A stretch of 32,000 bases of DNA from positions 780,001-812,000 of the forward strand of contig NC_005070.1 in the NCBI RefSeq assembly GCF_000195975.1, given 5' to 3'. The notes under the pieces were generated by a model that was given only the letters and a program-made list of their open reading frames with translations, made no database searches and was not told where the DNA came from. The translations under genes were made by a program, and so were the position numbers. This document shows, piece by piece, positions 1-8,854 of this stretch. Within the stretch, counting starts at the first letter, position 1; each line of letters starts with the position of its first letter. Source of the DNA: Parasynechococcus marenigrum WH 8102. GTDB taxonomy: Bacteria; Cyanobacteriota; Cyanobacteriia; PCC-6307; Cyanobiaceae.

Positions 1-553
1 GAACCAGTACTTGAGCAGCAGGATTCCGTCCTGCACCAGCATCCGTTCGAATTGAGGGCAGGCCACGTAGAACTGCTCCACCTGGTCCTCGGTGGCAAAT
101 CCCATCACCCGTTCAACACCGGCCCGGTTGTACCAGCTGCGGTCAAAGACCACGATCTCACCGGCACTGGGGAAGTGCTCCACGTAGCGCTGGAAATACC
201 ACTGGGTCTTCTGTTGGTCAGACGGCATCCCCAGGGCGACCACGCGGCAGCCCCGTGGATTCATCGGCTCGGTGAGGCGTTTGATCGAACCGCCTTTTCC
301 CGCCGCATCCCGTCCTTCAAACAGGATGATCATGCGGAATCCGGTGGCTTTCACCCAGTACTGCATCTTCACTAGCTCATATTGCAGCCTCGCCAGTTCC
401 TTTTCGTAGGTCTTTTTTTCCAAGCGTTTGTGGTCGCTGGAAAACCCCTCCTGCAGCTCCACCAGGAGCTCCTGCGGGTGATCGACGTCACCATCGCTGT
501 GGTCCAGAGCATCGAGCACCGCAGCCATGTCGTGCTTGTGGTTCTTGCTCATC
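1..553 (-). CDS. ppk2: Polyphosphate kinase 2 (PPK2), N-terminal part; C-terminus lies outside the window
   Basis: Absent from the ORF track because it runs off the left edge. Minus-strand translation from ATG 553..551 reads MSKNHKHDMAAVLDAL...KKTYEKELARLQYELVKMQYWVKATGFRMIILFEGRDAAGKGGSIKRLTEPMNPRGCRVVALGMPSDQQKTQWYFQRYVEHFPSAGEIVVFDRSWYNRAGVERVMGF. This contains the PPK2 P-loop GRDAAGKGG and core. The frame stays open to position 1. Confidence 0.85.
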
Positions 554-628
554 GGGCTTGAGAACTCTCAAGACCTTTTTGGCAGTGGCGGGTTAAGCCA
601 TCGTGTGCCGATCATGATTTCTGAATAT

Positions 629-1963
629 TCATCCCTTGGCCTGCCCCTCTGAAGGAAGGGTCAACACCACGGCGAATCGGCCGGGGTTGCCGGTTCCCCT
701 GCGGACGGTCACTGTTCCGTCGTGGTGCTGCATCACATGGTTCACAATGGCCAGTCCGAGTCCGCAATGGCCCTGCTGTCCGCGGGCCTCATCGAGCCTC
801 TGAAAGGGTTGCATTGCACGGCTCCACTGCGCGGTCGGAACGCCTGATCCCTGATCCCAAACCTCAAGGCTTATTCCGTCCTTGCTCGTCAGGAGGCGGA
901 TCACAATCGGTGGTTTGCCGTGGCTGAAGGCATTGTCGATCAGGTTGCTCACGGCTCTGCCCAGTGCAATCGGGCGGATGCGGGCCTCAACAGGTGTTGG
1001 TTCAAGGTGCAGCTGCTCGCTCGGGTAGCTGGCCACAACTTCTGCCAGCCACAGCGCCAAGGGACAGACCACCGGCGTCTCGCGCTCTCCGCCGCCGGCA
1101 TACAGGAGGAACTGACCGGTGATGCGCTCGAGTGACTCAAGGTCATGGCGACAGCGCTGGCGTTCGGTGGCATCCAGGCTTGGCAGCGCCAGACGAAACT
1201 GCAGGCGGGTGATCGGAGCCCTCAGGTCGTGGGCTATGCCGGCCAGCATCGTTGCCCGTTCCTGACGGTTGGCAGCCAGGCGCTGCACCATCGCATTGAA
1301 CCGTCGGGTGATGCGTTGCACCTCAGGGGCACCTTTTGCAGGGAGGGCAGGAGGGTCGTTGCCCTCACCAACGCGCGCCAGGGCCCGCTCCAGACCACGC
1401 AGTGGCTGTTCAACGTCCTTGAGCAGATACACCACACCGGTGATGATCACAGCTCCCACCAAGGCGATCAGCATCAGCATCGGATCAGGTGGCCAGCGGC
1501 GGGTGGCTGGTATCGCGCTGCGCAGCCAGACCGGCTCGAGCGGTGAGATCAATTCGATCCAGATCTGCTGGCCACCCCCCTGAACTGCTGCCGTCTCGCC
1601 AGAGGCTGCCGGCAGCAGCATCGGGCAATGGGACAGACGTGAGCAGAGCTCCTGTTGCAATTCACGCCGTCGATCGTCATTGGATCGGTCCTCCCGCTCC
1701 GGTTCTGGGGGCTGGACCGCAATCACCAGATCCAACCCCGTGAGCTCCTTGATCAGCGCTGGTGGGTAGCGCTCCAGGGTGAGTTCCGTCAGGCGGATAT
1801 TCAGGGCCAGATCCCGTCCCAGCTGCAGGGTCTGAAGCCGGTTCAGTTCCCGGCCGAACAGGAGCTGCATCCACATCAGACACAACAACCAGCTGACCAG
1901 CAGCAAGGAACTCCAGCCACCGATCTGAAGCATCAGCGACCTCAAAACGAGGGCACGGGTCAT
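629..1963 (-). CDS. Sensor histidine kinase, EnvZ-like (membrane-bound, HAMP/HisKA/HATPase_c)
   Basis: Taken from ORF 629..2086. Start trimmed to ATG 1963 (MTRALVLRS...), giving the junction TGAGATG with the upstream regulator stop. Hydrophobic segments near the N-terminus and around residue 200. H-box IAHDLRAPIT. ATPase boxes NLIDNAFSHG, WDQGSGV, GLGLAIV. Confidence 0.85.
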   Translation of the reverse strand: MTRALVLRSLMLQIGGWSSLLLVSWLLCLMWMQLLFGRELNRLQTLQLGRDLALNIRLTELTLERYPPALIKELTGLDLVIAVQPPEPEREDRSNDDRRRELQQELCSRLSHCPMLLPAASGETAAVQGGGQQIWIELISPLEPVWLRSAIPATRRWPPDPMLMLIALVGAVIITGVVYLLKDVEQPLRGLERALARVGEGNDPPALPAKGAPEVQRITRRFNAMVQRLAANRQERATMLAGIAHDLRAPITRLQFRLALPSLDATERQRCRHDLESLERITGQFLLYAGGGERETPVVCPLALWLAEVVASYPSEQLHLEPTPVEARIRPIALGRAVSNLIDNAFSHGKPPIVIRLLTSKDGISLEVWDQGSGVPTAQWSRAMQPFQRLDEARGQQGHCGLGLAIVNHVMQHHDGTVTVRRGTGNPGRFAVVLTLPSEGQAKG

Positions 1964-1964
1964 C

Positions 1965-2699
1965 TCAGTGCGAGCGCGGCGTGCCGTCCGGAACAAAGAC
2001 ATAGCCGTATCCCCACACGGTCTGGATGTAGCGAGGCCGGGTTGGATCGGGCTCCACCAGCTTGCGAACTCTGGACACCTGCACATCCATGCTGCGACTG
2101 TCGGTGTCGCTGCCGGGACCGCGGGCCAGCTCGATCAATCGTTCTCTGGACAGAGGACGGTGGGGGTGCTGAGCGAAGGCCGCCAGCAGGCTGAATTCAC
2201 CGCTGGTAATGATTTCCGCCGTGCCGCCCTTCATCAAAGTACGGGCGGAGAGGTCAAGCACGTTCTCTCCAAAATGCACCTGCTCTCCATCCACCAGCGG
2301 CGTACCTGCTGGCATCGCCATGCGACGGCGTAACACCGCATCGATTCGAGCGGTCAGTTCACGCGGGAGGAAGGGCTTGCCCAGATAGTCATCGGCGCCC
2401 TGCTCCAGCCCAATGATTCGATCCACCGCATCCCCCCGCGCCGTCAGCATCACGACGGGCAGATCATCGCCAGCATCCCGGAGTCGTCTCAGGGCCGTCA
2501 GACCGTCGTCGCCGGGCAGCATCACATCGAGGACCAGCAAGTCAGGGCGCTGACATTCCAGACGGGCCTCCAACTGCTTGACGTCGCAAAGGCAGCGAAC
2601 GTCATAGCCCTGATCGATCAGGTAGGTCCCCACCATCTTGCGCAGCTCCGGGTCGTCATCCACCACCCAGACCATCGACGTCTTCGACATGACAGTCAT
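1965..2699 (-). CDS. OmpR-family response regulator (receiver domain plus winged-helix DNA-binding domain)
   Basis: MVWVVDDDPELRK...LLVLDVMLPGDDG...DDYLGKPFLPRELTARIDAVLRRR aligns closely with E. coli OmpR. C-terminal part reads RYIQTVWGYGYVF. Start could be ATG 2699, 2690 or 2675. Confidence 0.9.
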   Translation of the reverse strand: MTVMSKTSMVWVVDDDPELRKMVGTYLIDQGYDVRCLCDVKQLEARLECQRPDLLVLDVMLPGDDGLTALRRLRDAGDDLPVVMLTARGDAVDRIIGLEQGADDYLGKPFLPRELTARIDAVLRRRMAMPAGTPLVDGEQVHFGENVLDLSARTLMKGGTAEIITSGEFSLLAAFAQHPHRPLSRERLIELARGPGSDTDSRSMDVQVSRVRKLVEPDPTRPRYIQTVWGYGYVFVPDGTPRSH

Positions 2700-2743
2700 C
2701 GTCTCTTTGGATGGTATGCAGCTCCAGGTATGACGTCTCTTTG
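2700..2743. promoter_or_regulatory. Nested direct repeats in the divergent regulator / EF-hand promoter region
   Basis: CGTCTCTTTG at 2700-2709 and 2734-2743. GGTATG at 2713-2718 and 2727-2732. Confidence 0.3.
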
Positions 2744-2827
2744 CAAGCGCATCCAGTCACAGCTTTGAGGGTGGCGGTCATGCCTGAGTCATCGGCAATG
2801 CCCTTGACGCTCCATAGGCTGTGATTC

Positions 2828-3289
2828 ATGAAGGTCTCCGTCCTGGTCGCGGCTGCATCGGCGAATCTGTTGCTGGTCAATGGGCTGGCCTGGTCCATGC
2901 CGGATCAAGGCTCGATGCGGATGTACAACCAGCGGATGGAATCGTTGTTTCTGCGGCTCGACTCTGATGGCAACGGCCGACTCGAGCATCAGGAATTAAA
3001 TGGCCGTCCTGCCTTTCAGCGCCAGTTGAAACGGAAGACGGGGAGGGATTTCCTGTTGCTGGAGGACATAAGGACTCAGAAGGGCACTGTGCGGGGGCAA
3101 CGGCTGACACGCCGGTTTCGAGGGGCTGATCGCAATTCAGATCGCCGGCTCAACCGCAGGGAGGCCGCCCGTCTTCCCTGGATTGAACGTCATTTCGATG
3201 GTCTTGACCGGAACAAGGATGGTCATGTGACGCTGGAGGAGCTTTGGGACTTGCAACGCTCCCTGGCTCCGCGTCAACGGCGCCCTTGA
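2828..3289 (+). CDS. Secreted EF-hand calcium-binding protein
   Basis: Signal-peptide-like N-terminus MKVSVLVAAASANLLLVNGLAWS. Three EF-hand loop matches: DSDGNGRLEHQEL, DRNSDRRLNRREA, DRNKDGHVTLEEL. Confidence 0.75.
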   Translation: MKVSVLVAAASANLLLVNGLAWSMPDQGSMRMYNQRMESLFLRLDSDGNGRLEHQELNGRPAFQRQLKRKTGRDFLLLEDIRTQKGTVRGQRLTRRFRGADRNSDRRLNRREAARLPWIERHFDGLDRNKDGHVTLEELWDLQRSLAPRQRRP

Positions 3290-3645
3290 TGGTGGGGTGG
3301 AAAAAGCAGCATCCTCAGCAATCTGAGCAACCGCCAAAGCCCTGCGAGCATCAGCACAGCGGCCAGAATGACCGATGCGGCGATCAGCACGACGCCTCCC
3401 AGGCCGAGCATGGCGCTGAGCAGCTGTTGGATGCCGCTGATCAGGTCGGAGATGGCCTGGCTGACCAGCACCATCAGATCCACTTGTTCAGGAAGTCGCT
3501 GCAGCAGCACAACAATGCCGATGCCGCTCGACAGCAGCAGCAGGATCACAAGCAGATGTCGAATCACCAACCCGACGGGGAGCCGACGTCTCCGCCGGAA
3601 GACGCGACGCTGATTGCGTTGGGGGGGACGAGTGAGTTTGGTCAT
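3274..3645 (-). CDS. Small integral membrane protein, function unknown
   Basis: ORF 3274..3678 trimmed to ATG 3645 (MTKLTRPPQRNQRR...). That ATG overlaps the stop of the upstream ORF as ATGA. Arg-rich N-terminus followed by long hydrophobic stretches (LVIRHLLVILLLLSSGIGIVVLL, GLGGVVLIAASVILAAVLMLAGLW). Preferred over the low-complexity plus-strand ORF 3244..3753. Confidence 0.5.
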   Translation of the reverse strand: MTKLTRPPQRNQRRVFRRRRRLPVGLVIRHLLVILLLLSSGIGIVVLLQRLPEQVDLMVLVSQAISDLISGIQQLLSAMLGLGGVVLIAASVILAAVLMLAGLWRLLRLLRMLLFPPHHQGRR

Positions 3646-3887
3646 GGCACAAGGCTGTACCCCGACCCACGCATCCAACGCTCGAACTCGATCAGGACCA
3701 ACTCGTTCGGACAGTCAATCAAGGTGAGATTGCCGACGGTGCAGTCCCCGTAGCCACTGTGGTGAAGCGTGAGGTGATAAGCCGATCCGCTGAGCCCACA
3801 GACCTCAGGATCACTTCGAACAACCACGTCAAGCGACGCTCCGATGCGGGCGACGCGTCGCCTCAGGTCGGACCAACTGGCGCCCAT
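3642..3887 (-). CDS. Hypothetical 81-aa protein
   Basis: ATG-initiated ORF. Its stop overlaps the start of the next gene (ATGA), and it lies 13 nt downstream of the DUF4335-like gene on the same strand. No motif recognised. Confidence 0.5.
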   Translation of the reverse strand: MGASWSDLRRRVARIGASLDVVVRSDPEVCGLSGSAYHLTLHHSGYGDCTVGNLTLIDCPNELVLIEFERWMRGSGYSLVP

Positions 3888-3900
3888 ACCCCGGATCTAA

Positions 3901-4518
3901 TTACTTTGTCTCATTAATAATTTTGGACCCTGGTTCGGGTCCGTCAACGCTGGTGGTTGTCCCGGGCCGAGGTGGCAGAGGCAGCAGAATGGCCAAGGCG
4001 GTGGTCAGGCTGAGCACCAGCCCACCGAGTGCCGCTGGTGCCAGTCGACGTTGCAGTGGGATCCGCTCCAACAGTTCCCTGCGAGCTAGAGGACGATCCT
4101 CGGGATAGGTCCATTGCAGTTTGACCTTCTCGTCGAGGCGCAGACGATCGAGACAACGCACCAGATCAGCCAGGTCCGCATCATCGAGGAGGAGCTGTAG
4201 CGGCTTGACGCCCTCGCGACTGCTGCGCAGCTGCAGCTGGTGTTTGCCGTCCACCGCTTCGATGCCGACGAAGCCCTGATCCCCTCCGAAACGCCCGCCG
4301 ATGCCGGAGAGCTGGTGACGGGCATAGGGCATGACTGCGGCCATCATCGCTTCGAGGTGGTCGCGGGTGCCCTCGAGTTCGGGGGCACCCACCAGTTGAA
4401 GCTTCCAGCCCGAAAGGATGCCGATGGTGTCACCCTCCTGTCCATCCGACAGATCTGGATACCCCTCCACCACCAGGCGTGCGGCCGTTTGTTCGTAGCG
4501 GTGAACTGTTTTCAGCAT
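3901..4518 (-). CDS. Conserved cyanobacterial protein (DUF4335-like) with a C-terminal TM segment
   Basis: 205-aa [27 protein letters not shown]...[20 protein letters not shown]..., with C-terminal hydrophobic [19 protein letters not shown]. The DUF assignment is from memory and was not searched. Confidence 0.65.
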   Translation of the reverse strand: MLKTVHRYEQTAARLVVEGYPDLSDGQEGDTIGILSGWKLQLVGAPELEGTRDHLEAMMAAVMPYARHQLSGIGGRFGGDQGFVGIEAVDGKHQLQLRSSREGVKPLQLLLDDADLADLVRCLDRLRLDEKVKLQWTYPEDRPLARRELLERIPLQRRLAPAALGGLVLSLTTALAILLPLPPRPGTTTSVDGPEPGSKIINETK

Positions 4519-4524
4519 GGCTGT

Positions 4525-5061
4525 TCAGGGTGTTGGGTCCAGCAGGAAGGCCCGCAGCCGGTCGATGCCACCAGGTCCGGCCACCAGGCCCAGGGTGCTC
4601 ACCAGTCGGTGGTGGGTCGGCGCATTGCTGGCCGGATCCAGCAGACGCAGCACAGCACCGCGCCGGAGATTCATCCGCTCCTCGATCAGATCCCCCAGTC
4701 GCTCACGCAGGAGCTCCCATCGCTGCTGAGTCAGCTGCTCAGGTTCCCGGGAGGACAGCAGCTGGTGAAGCATCGGATAGAGCCTGTCCGCCATGGCACA
4801 GACCAGGGCGATCAACGATTCCGCATCCGTGGAGTCCAGCTGGTCCCGTCGAGTGATGCGCCGCAAGGGGCTGTGGCAACGACGCTTCCACAGCTCAACG
4901 CGATTGGGGAACTGGGCCTGAAGCCCCAGTTGATGACTTGTCCACAGCATGGCCTCGCCTCCGTTGAGATCGAGGGCCTCGACAGTGAGGAGAAGAAGAT
5001 CGAGCCGTTCAACACCCCGTCGGCTGAGGCGCACGCCACTCTGGGTTGGAGCTTGGGTCAT
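4525..5061 (-). CDS. Conserved hypothetical protein (possibly DUF3038-like)
   Basis: 178-aa ATG ORF, 6 nt upstream of the DUF4335-like gene on the same strand. Protein-like composition. Family recalled only tentatively. Confidence 0.6.
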   Translation of the reverse strand: MTQAPTQSGVRLSRRGVERLDLLLLTVEALDLNGGEAMLWTSHQLGLQAQFPNRVELWKRRCHSPLRRITRRDQLDSTDAESLIALVCAMADRLYPMLHQLLSSREPEQLTQQRWELLRERLGDLIEERMNLRRGAVLRLLDPASNAPTHHRLVSTLGLVAGPGGIDRLRAFLLDPTP

Positions 5062-5103
5062 GGCTGCGATGATGCCAGGGTTGGACCCTCGCGTCAGCAG
5101 TCC

Positions 5104-5622
5104 TTGGATTTACAGACTTATATCCGCTCAATTCCGGACTTTCCCAAGCCGGGCATCCTGTTTCGGGACATCAATCCATTGCTGCGAAATCCCGCTGCGA
5201 TGGTGGAGGTGATGCGGCGTCTTGGCGCGATCTGCGATGCGGTGCAGCCGGATCTCATTGTTGGCATTGAATCCAGAGGCTTCATCGTTGGCACGCCGCT
5301 GGCCCTGCAGCGCTCCCTTGGATTTGTCCCCGTTCGTAAACCGGGAAAACTGCCCGGAGCAGTGATCGGGGTGGATTATGCCCTGGAGTACGGCACTGAT
5401 CGACTCGAAATCCAGAGCGATGCCCTGACCGGCAATCCCCGGGTGCTGGTGGTGGATGACCTGCTCGCCACGGGTGGAACGGCCGCGGCCACAGGCTCGT
5501 TGGTGCGTGCTGCAGGCGGTGAGCTGGTGGGATTTGCCTTTGTGATTGAACTGGAGCCGCTTGGAGGACGTTCCGCCCTGCCTGATGAGGTTCTTGCGGA
5601 GTCGTTAATCCGTTACCCCTGA
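5104..5622 (+). CDS. apt: Adenine phosphoribosyltransferase
   Basis: C-terminal 172 codons of ORF 4240..5622: [27 protein letters not shown]...[16 protein letters not shown] (PRPP-binding motif). There is no in-frame ATG; TTG 5104 is the only sensible start downstream of the divergent gene that begins at 5061. Confidence 0.9.
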   Translation: MDLQTYIRSIPDFPKPGILFRDINPLLRNPAAMVEVMRRLGAICDAVQPDLIVGIESRGFIVGTPLALQRSLGFVPVRKPGKLPGAVIGVDYALEYGTDRLEIQSDALTGNPRVLVVDDLLATGGTAAATGSLVRAAGGELVGFAFVIELEPLGGRSALPDEVLAESLIRYP

Positions 5623-5825
5623 TTGTTTTCCCAGTCGAGGACCTGTTGAAGCTGCTCAAGGCTGAGCAGACCGAAGCTCCAGAGCACGATGGGCAACGGT
5701 GCTTGTTCCAGTTCAGCCTGGCGCAGCCCAAGGTTGAGGGCGTTGCTGCTCAGCCCAAGCCGAGCGAGCAGAAAGTCCTGAAGCTCGTTCGACGCTGCCG
5801 GTTGTGGATGGCTGCACACCACCAT
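5613..5825 (-). CDS. Small conserved cyanobacterial protein (DUF2949-like)
   Basis: 70-aa ATG ORF ...[52 protein letters not shown]. The pattern matches what I recall of DUF2949. Its 3' end overlaps apt by 10 nt (convergent). Confidence 0.55.
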   Translation of the reverse strand: MVVCSHPQPAASNELQDFLLARLGLSSNALNLGLRQAELEQAPLPIVLWSFGLLSLEQLQQVLDWENNQG

Positions 5826-5844
5826 GGCTGAAATCCCTGTGGTT

Positions 5845-6990
5845 TCAGTCTGGCAAGGGTTTCAGCAGTTGAGTTGGACCATCGGTCATTGCAAGCAGGC
5901 TGATGCGGCGCAACCAACTGAACCGTGCCATGGCCTTGAGGCCGATGCGTCGGAAGGGGAGCAGCCAGGGTTGCTGATTGGAAAACAGCCTCACCAGGAG
6001 ATCGGTGGCGAGCCCCACCATCAACAGATCCGCCCAGCGTGACCGCCCGTAGCGACGCGCCAGCCGTTGACTGGTTCCACCATGCTCAGCCAGGTTTCTG
6101 AGGCTGGCGACATCGCGCCAGCAGAGATTTAGCCCCTGCCCGCCGACCGGATGGCAGCGATGGCCGGCTTCGCCGAGCAGAACACCTCGGCCGCGGCTCA
6201 GACGCCTTGCCATTGACCATTGCTGGGAAAAGGCCCGGGGCGTGTCAAGCAGCAGATCAGGCTCGATTCCGGCAGGAAGCACGGCTGCAAGTTCGTCAAG
6301 GAATTCCGGGGTCGGTAGATCAGCTCGGCGCTGGCATTGCGTCCAGGGTGCGCTCCACACCACCTGAAAGATGCCGTCCCCAAGAGGCAAAATGGCGAAA
6401 GGGCCCTCTGGCCGGAACAGTTCATAGGCCATTCCAGGTTTCACACCTCTGAGCGCAATCTTCGAGGTGAGACATCCCTGGCGATAGCGGAATTTCCAGC
6501 ATCCGATATCCCATTGCGATCGCGTCGTCGACCGGGGCCCGTCCGCAGCAACGATCAGATCATCAATGCCAGGGGTTGGCGCTGTACAACCCAGCGCGAG
6601 CTCAACGCGATGGTGCTGATGGAGACGGTCCATCAGAAGTTTCATCAAGGGCTGATGGTCGAGGATCCACCCGATCGCTTCATGGCGACCGTTCGAATTC
6701 GGCAGGTCGTCCAAGCCAAAGACCACTCTGCCGCCGCACGCAGAATCCCTGAGATCGAGGAAGCTGAACGCCGTCAGGCTCCCTTGAAGAGAAGTCCAGA
6801 GATTCAGATCCGTCAACAGACGCCGACTGGAATGGGTGATGGCGTAGGCGCGGCTCCTGGATAGCAGCTCCTTGCGAGTCAGCGGATCAGTCAGAACAAC
6901 GCTGCAACCCGTTGACGCCAAGGCGATTGCTGCGAGGGAGCCAGTCGGTCCGGCTCCCAGGATGTGAAAGGTTGTCGAAGACGTGGCCAT
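5845..6990 (-). CDS. FAD-dependent monooxygenase, UbiH/COQ6 family
   Basis: N-terminal dinucleotide-binding fold FHILGAGPTGSLAAIALASTGCSVVLTD. Later GDGIFQVVW and LLGEAGHRCHPVGGQGLNLCWRD (the GD/DG FAD motifs). Confidence 0.85.
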   Translation of the reverse strand: MATSSTTFHILGAGPTGSLAAIALASTGCSVVLTDPLTRKELLSRSRAYAITHSSRRLLTDLNLWTSLQGSLTAFSFLDLRDSACGGRVVFGLDDLPNSNGRHEAIGWILDHQPLMKLLMDRLHQHHRVELALGCTAPTPGIDDLIVAADGPRSTTRSQWDIGCWKFRYRQGCLTSKIALRGVKPGMAYELFRPEGPFAILPLGDGIFQVVWSAPWTQCQRRADLPTPEFLDELAAVLPAGIEPDLLLDTPRAFSQQWSMARRLSRGRGVLLGEAGHRCHPVGGQGLNLCWRDVASLRNLAEHGGTSQRLARRYGRSRWADLLMVGLATDLLVRLFSNQQPWLLPFRRIGLKAMARFSWLRRISLLAMTDGPTQLLKPLPD

Positions 6991-7029
6991 CCAATGAGTG
7001 TGGCCAACTCAGGCGGTGAGCTGTGAGCC

Positions 7030-7284
7030 TCAGCCCAGACCCAGCAAACCGTGGGTGAAGGCTTCGCCACCGAGGGCGATCTCAGTGGCGAGCAGGGCGA
7101 TGAAGCCGAGCATGGCCATGCGGCCATTCAGTTTTTCAGCCCGTTCGTGGAAACCCCAACCCTGCTCAGCTTCCACCACCTGCATGCGGGGCTCGGAGGC
7201 GAAGGCGTTCAAGCGGCCGCCGTCTTCGGTGGTCACTGTGGCGCCGCGGATCACAGGAGCATCGGTGGAAGGAGTCTGAGCCAT
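7030..7284 (-). CDS. hli: High-light-inducible protein (CAB/ELIP/HLIP family, one helix)
   Basis: C-terminal [29 protein letters not shown] is the canonical chlorophyll-binding HLIP helix (ExxNGRxAMxGF). Confidence 0.8.
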   Translation of the reverse strand: MAQTPSTDAPVIRGATVTTEDGGRLNAFASEPRMQVVEAEQGWGFHERAEKLNGRMAMLGFIALLATEIALGGEAFTHGLLGLG

Positions 7285-7351
7285 GACGATGTCAAGCGAA
7301 TTGCTACGGAGTGTAAACCAGGTTTAAGAAATGTTCCCTGGTTGCTCCGAT

Positions 7352-8008
7352 TCAGCCCCTTCGGCTCAAGCGTCGCTGGCACAGCTCCTCAAAAGCGGGT
7401 CGCAGCAAAAAGGGGTATTCGCCGGCCCACATCCGCAACCCGGGCATCCAGGCATCGCTGAAGCTGCCAATGCGGGAAAAGTCCTTGCGGTCACTGAGCA
7501 CCAGACAGCGAATCACCGTTCCCCGTCGAATCGACTGGTGCCGTTTCTCCATGGGAAATGCCAAGCGACCCAGGTAGCCGTCCTCATCCTCAAGCTCCAG
7601 CAGCACCCAGGTCCGCCTGTTCTCCACCAGCTCCAATTGCCCGCGACTGTCAGCCTGTTCGTGGCGACCTTCAACACGTTCTCGGGTGGTGACGTCTCCC
7701 ACTTCACCTTCGAACAGGGCTGCCGCTGGATAGCGGCGCAGGGTGGCGTTGCGCTGGCCAGCCTCAACGATGGGGCCCCACAGCACGTACAGAAAGAACA
7801 CCACGCTGATCACCAGCCAGACAGGTCCCCAGCGGCTGCCGAGCTGAGCCTGGTTGTAAATTAAAAATGTGATTACACCGCCGATGGCGGCGATCATCAA
7901 TCGCTGCAGCACCTGTTGTGGTGTTCCAAGGGAGGCGCGGAACTGATTGCCGGTGGCCACTGCCGGAATCAGGCGCTGCAGCTCTCCGGGTTTGAGGGGG
8001 ATGAGCAT
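7352..8008 (-). CDS. Conserved membrane protein, function unknown (two TM segments plus a soluble C-terminal domain)
   Basis: 218-aa ATG ORF with hydrophobic segments LMIAAIGGVITFLIY and VWLVISVVFFLYVLWGPIV. It lies 12 nt downstream of the dapB stop, upstream of hli, on the same strand as both. Confidence 0.6.
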   Translation of the reverse strand: MLIPLKPGELQRLIPAVATGNQFRASLGTPQQVLQRLMIAAIGGVITFLIYNQAQLGSRWGPVWLVISVVFFLYVLWGPIVEAGQRNATLRRYPAAALFEGEVGDVTTRERVEGRHEQADSRGQLELVENRRTWVLLELEDEDGYLGRLAFPMEKRHQSIRRGTVIRCLVLSDRKDFSRIGSFSDAWMPGLRMWAGEYPFLLRPAFEELCQRRLSRRG

Positions 8009-8020
8009 GGATCGCAGCGT

Positions 8021-8854
8021 TCAGATCAGCCGTTCAAGGCCGTAGACCAACGTTTGCAGTGAACGCACCTTGCGCACGGTGAGAAGGACACCCGGCATAT
8101 AGGCGGAACGATCAATCGTGTCGTGGCGCAGCGTGTAAGTCTCGCCCGGTGCACCGAACATCACTTCCTGATGGGCCACTAGGCCCGGTAAGCGCAGGGA
8201 ATGGAGCCGAAGCCCGCTCTCACGACGACCACCTCGGGAGCCTGCCAGCGATTCATGCTCATCCACTTCGGCAGGGTTGAAGCTCTTGCCGAGCTCCTCC
8301 ATCAGTTCGGCGGTTTTGATGCAGGTGCCACTGGGGGCATCCGCCTTGCAGTTGTGATGCAGTTCGGTGAGCTCAGCGTGGTCGTAAAAGCGTGCTGCTG
8401 CTGCAGCGGCCTGCTGCAACAGGACCATGCCGACGGAAAAATTTGGAATCACGGCGCCTCCGATGGAGGCCTTGGCAGCGAACTGACAAAGATCACTTAA
8501 TTGCTCCGGGGAGAGCCCTGTGGTGCCAATCACTGGATGTACGCCGTAGGCGATTGCTGCCCGGGTGTGCTCATAGACGACCGACGGATGGGTGAAATCC
8601 ACCAGCACCGCCCCGGCTTCCGCATCCCGCACCGACTGGCTCACGGCGCAGAGGCAGCCTTCGAAATCGGCTGTCACCGCAACCTCCAGCTCGCCCAGTC
8701 CCAGTTCAAGGCCGATGTCACTCCCCTCTTTGCCGGGGGTGTTGTCGATGGCCCCCACCAGCATGCAATCCGCAGATCCCACCACTGCCTTGATCACTTC
8801 GGCACCCATGCGACCAAGGGCACCGGCCACCACGACGGGTATGGATGGGGTCAT
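8021..8854 (-). CDS. dapB: 4-hydroxy-tetrahydrodipicolinate reductase
   Basis: [20 protein letters not shown] (NAD(P)-binding) ...[14 protein letters not shown] (the DapB signature E(L/A)HHxxKxDAPSGTA). Start placed at ATG 8854, since the longest ORF begins at TTG 8875. Confidence 0.9.
   Translation of the reverse strand: MTPSIPVVVAGALGRMGAEVIKAVVGSADCMLVGAIDNTPGKEGSDIGLELGLGELEVAVTADFEGCLCAVSQSVRDAEAGAVLVDFTHPSVVYEHTRAAIAYGVHPVIGTTGLSPEQLSDLCQFAAKASIGGAVIPNFSVGMVLLQQAAAAAARFYDHAELTELHHNCKADAPSGTCIKTAELMEELGKSFNPAEVDEHESLAGSRGGRRESGLRLHSLRLPGLVAHQEVMFGAPGETYTLRHDTIDRSAYMPGVLLTVRKVRSLQTLVYGLERLI

Noticed and set aside
590-597. Pho-box-like octamer CTTAACCC (minus strand) upstream of ppk2 and next to a two-component system.
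   Set aside because: Only a single octamer fits PyTTAAPyPy(T/A). The required tandem copies at 11-bp spacing are not present, and the regulator looks more OmpR-like than clearly PhoB.
3244-3753. 169-aa plus-strand ORF rich in Q/H/D.
   Set aside because: It is low-complexity. The opposite strand carries two ORFs joined by an ATGA overlap, one of them with clear TM segments, and those explain the region better. Confidence in those calls is still only moderate.
4240-5103. The 5' 288 codons of the 460-aa plus-strand ORF that ends as apt.
   Set aside because: Only the last roughly 172 codons are Apt-like. The upstream part is antisense to two well-formed minus-strand genes (3901..4518 and 4525..5061) and has artefact-like composition.
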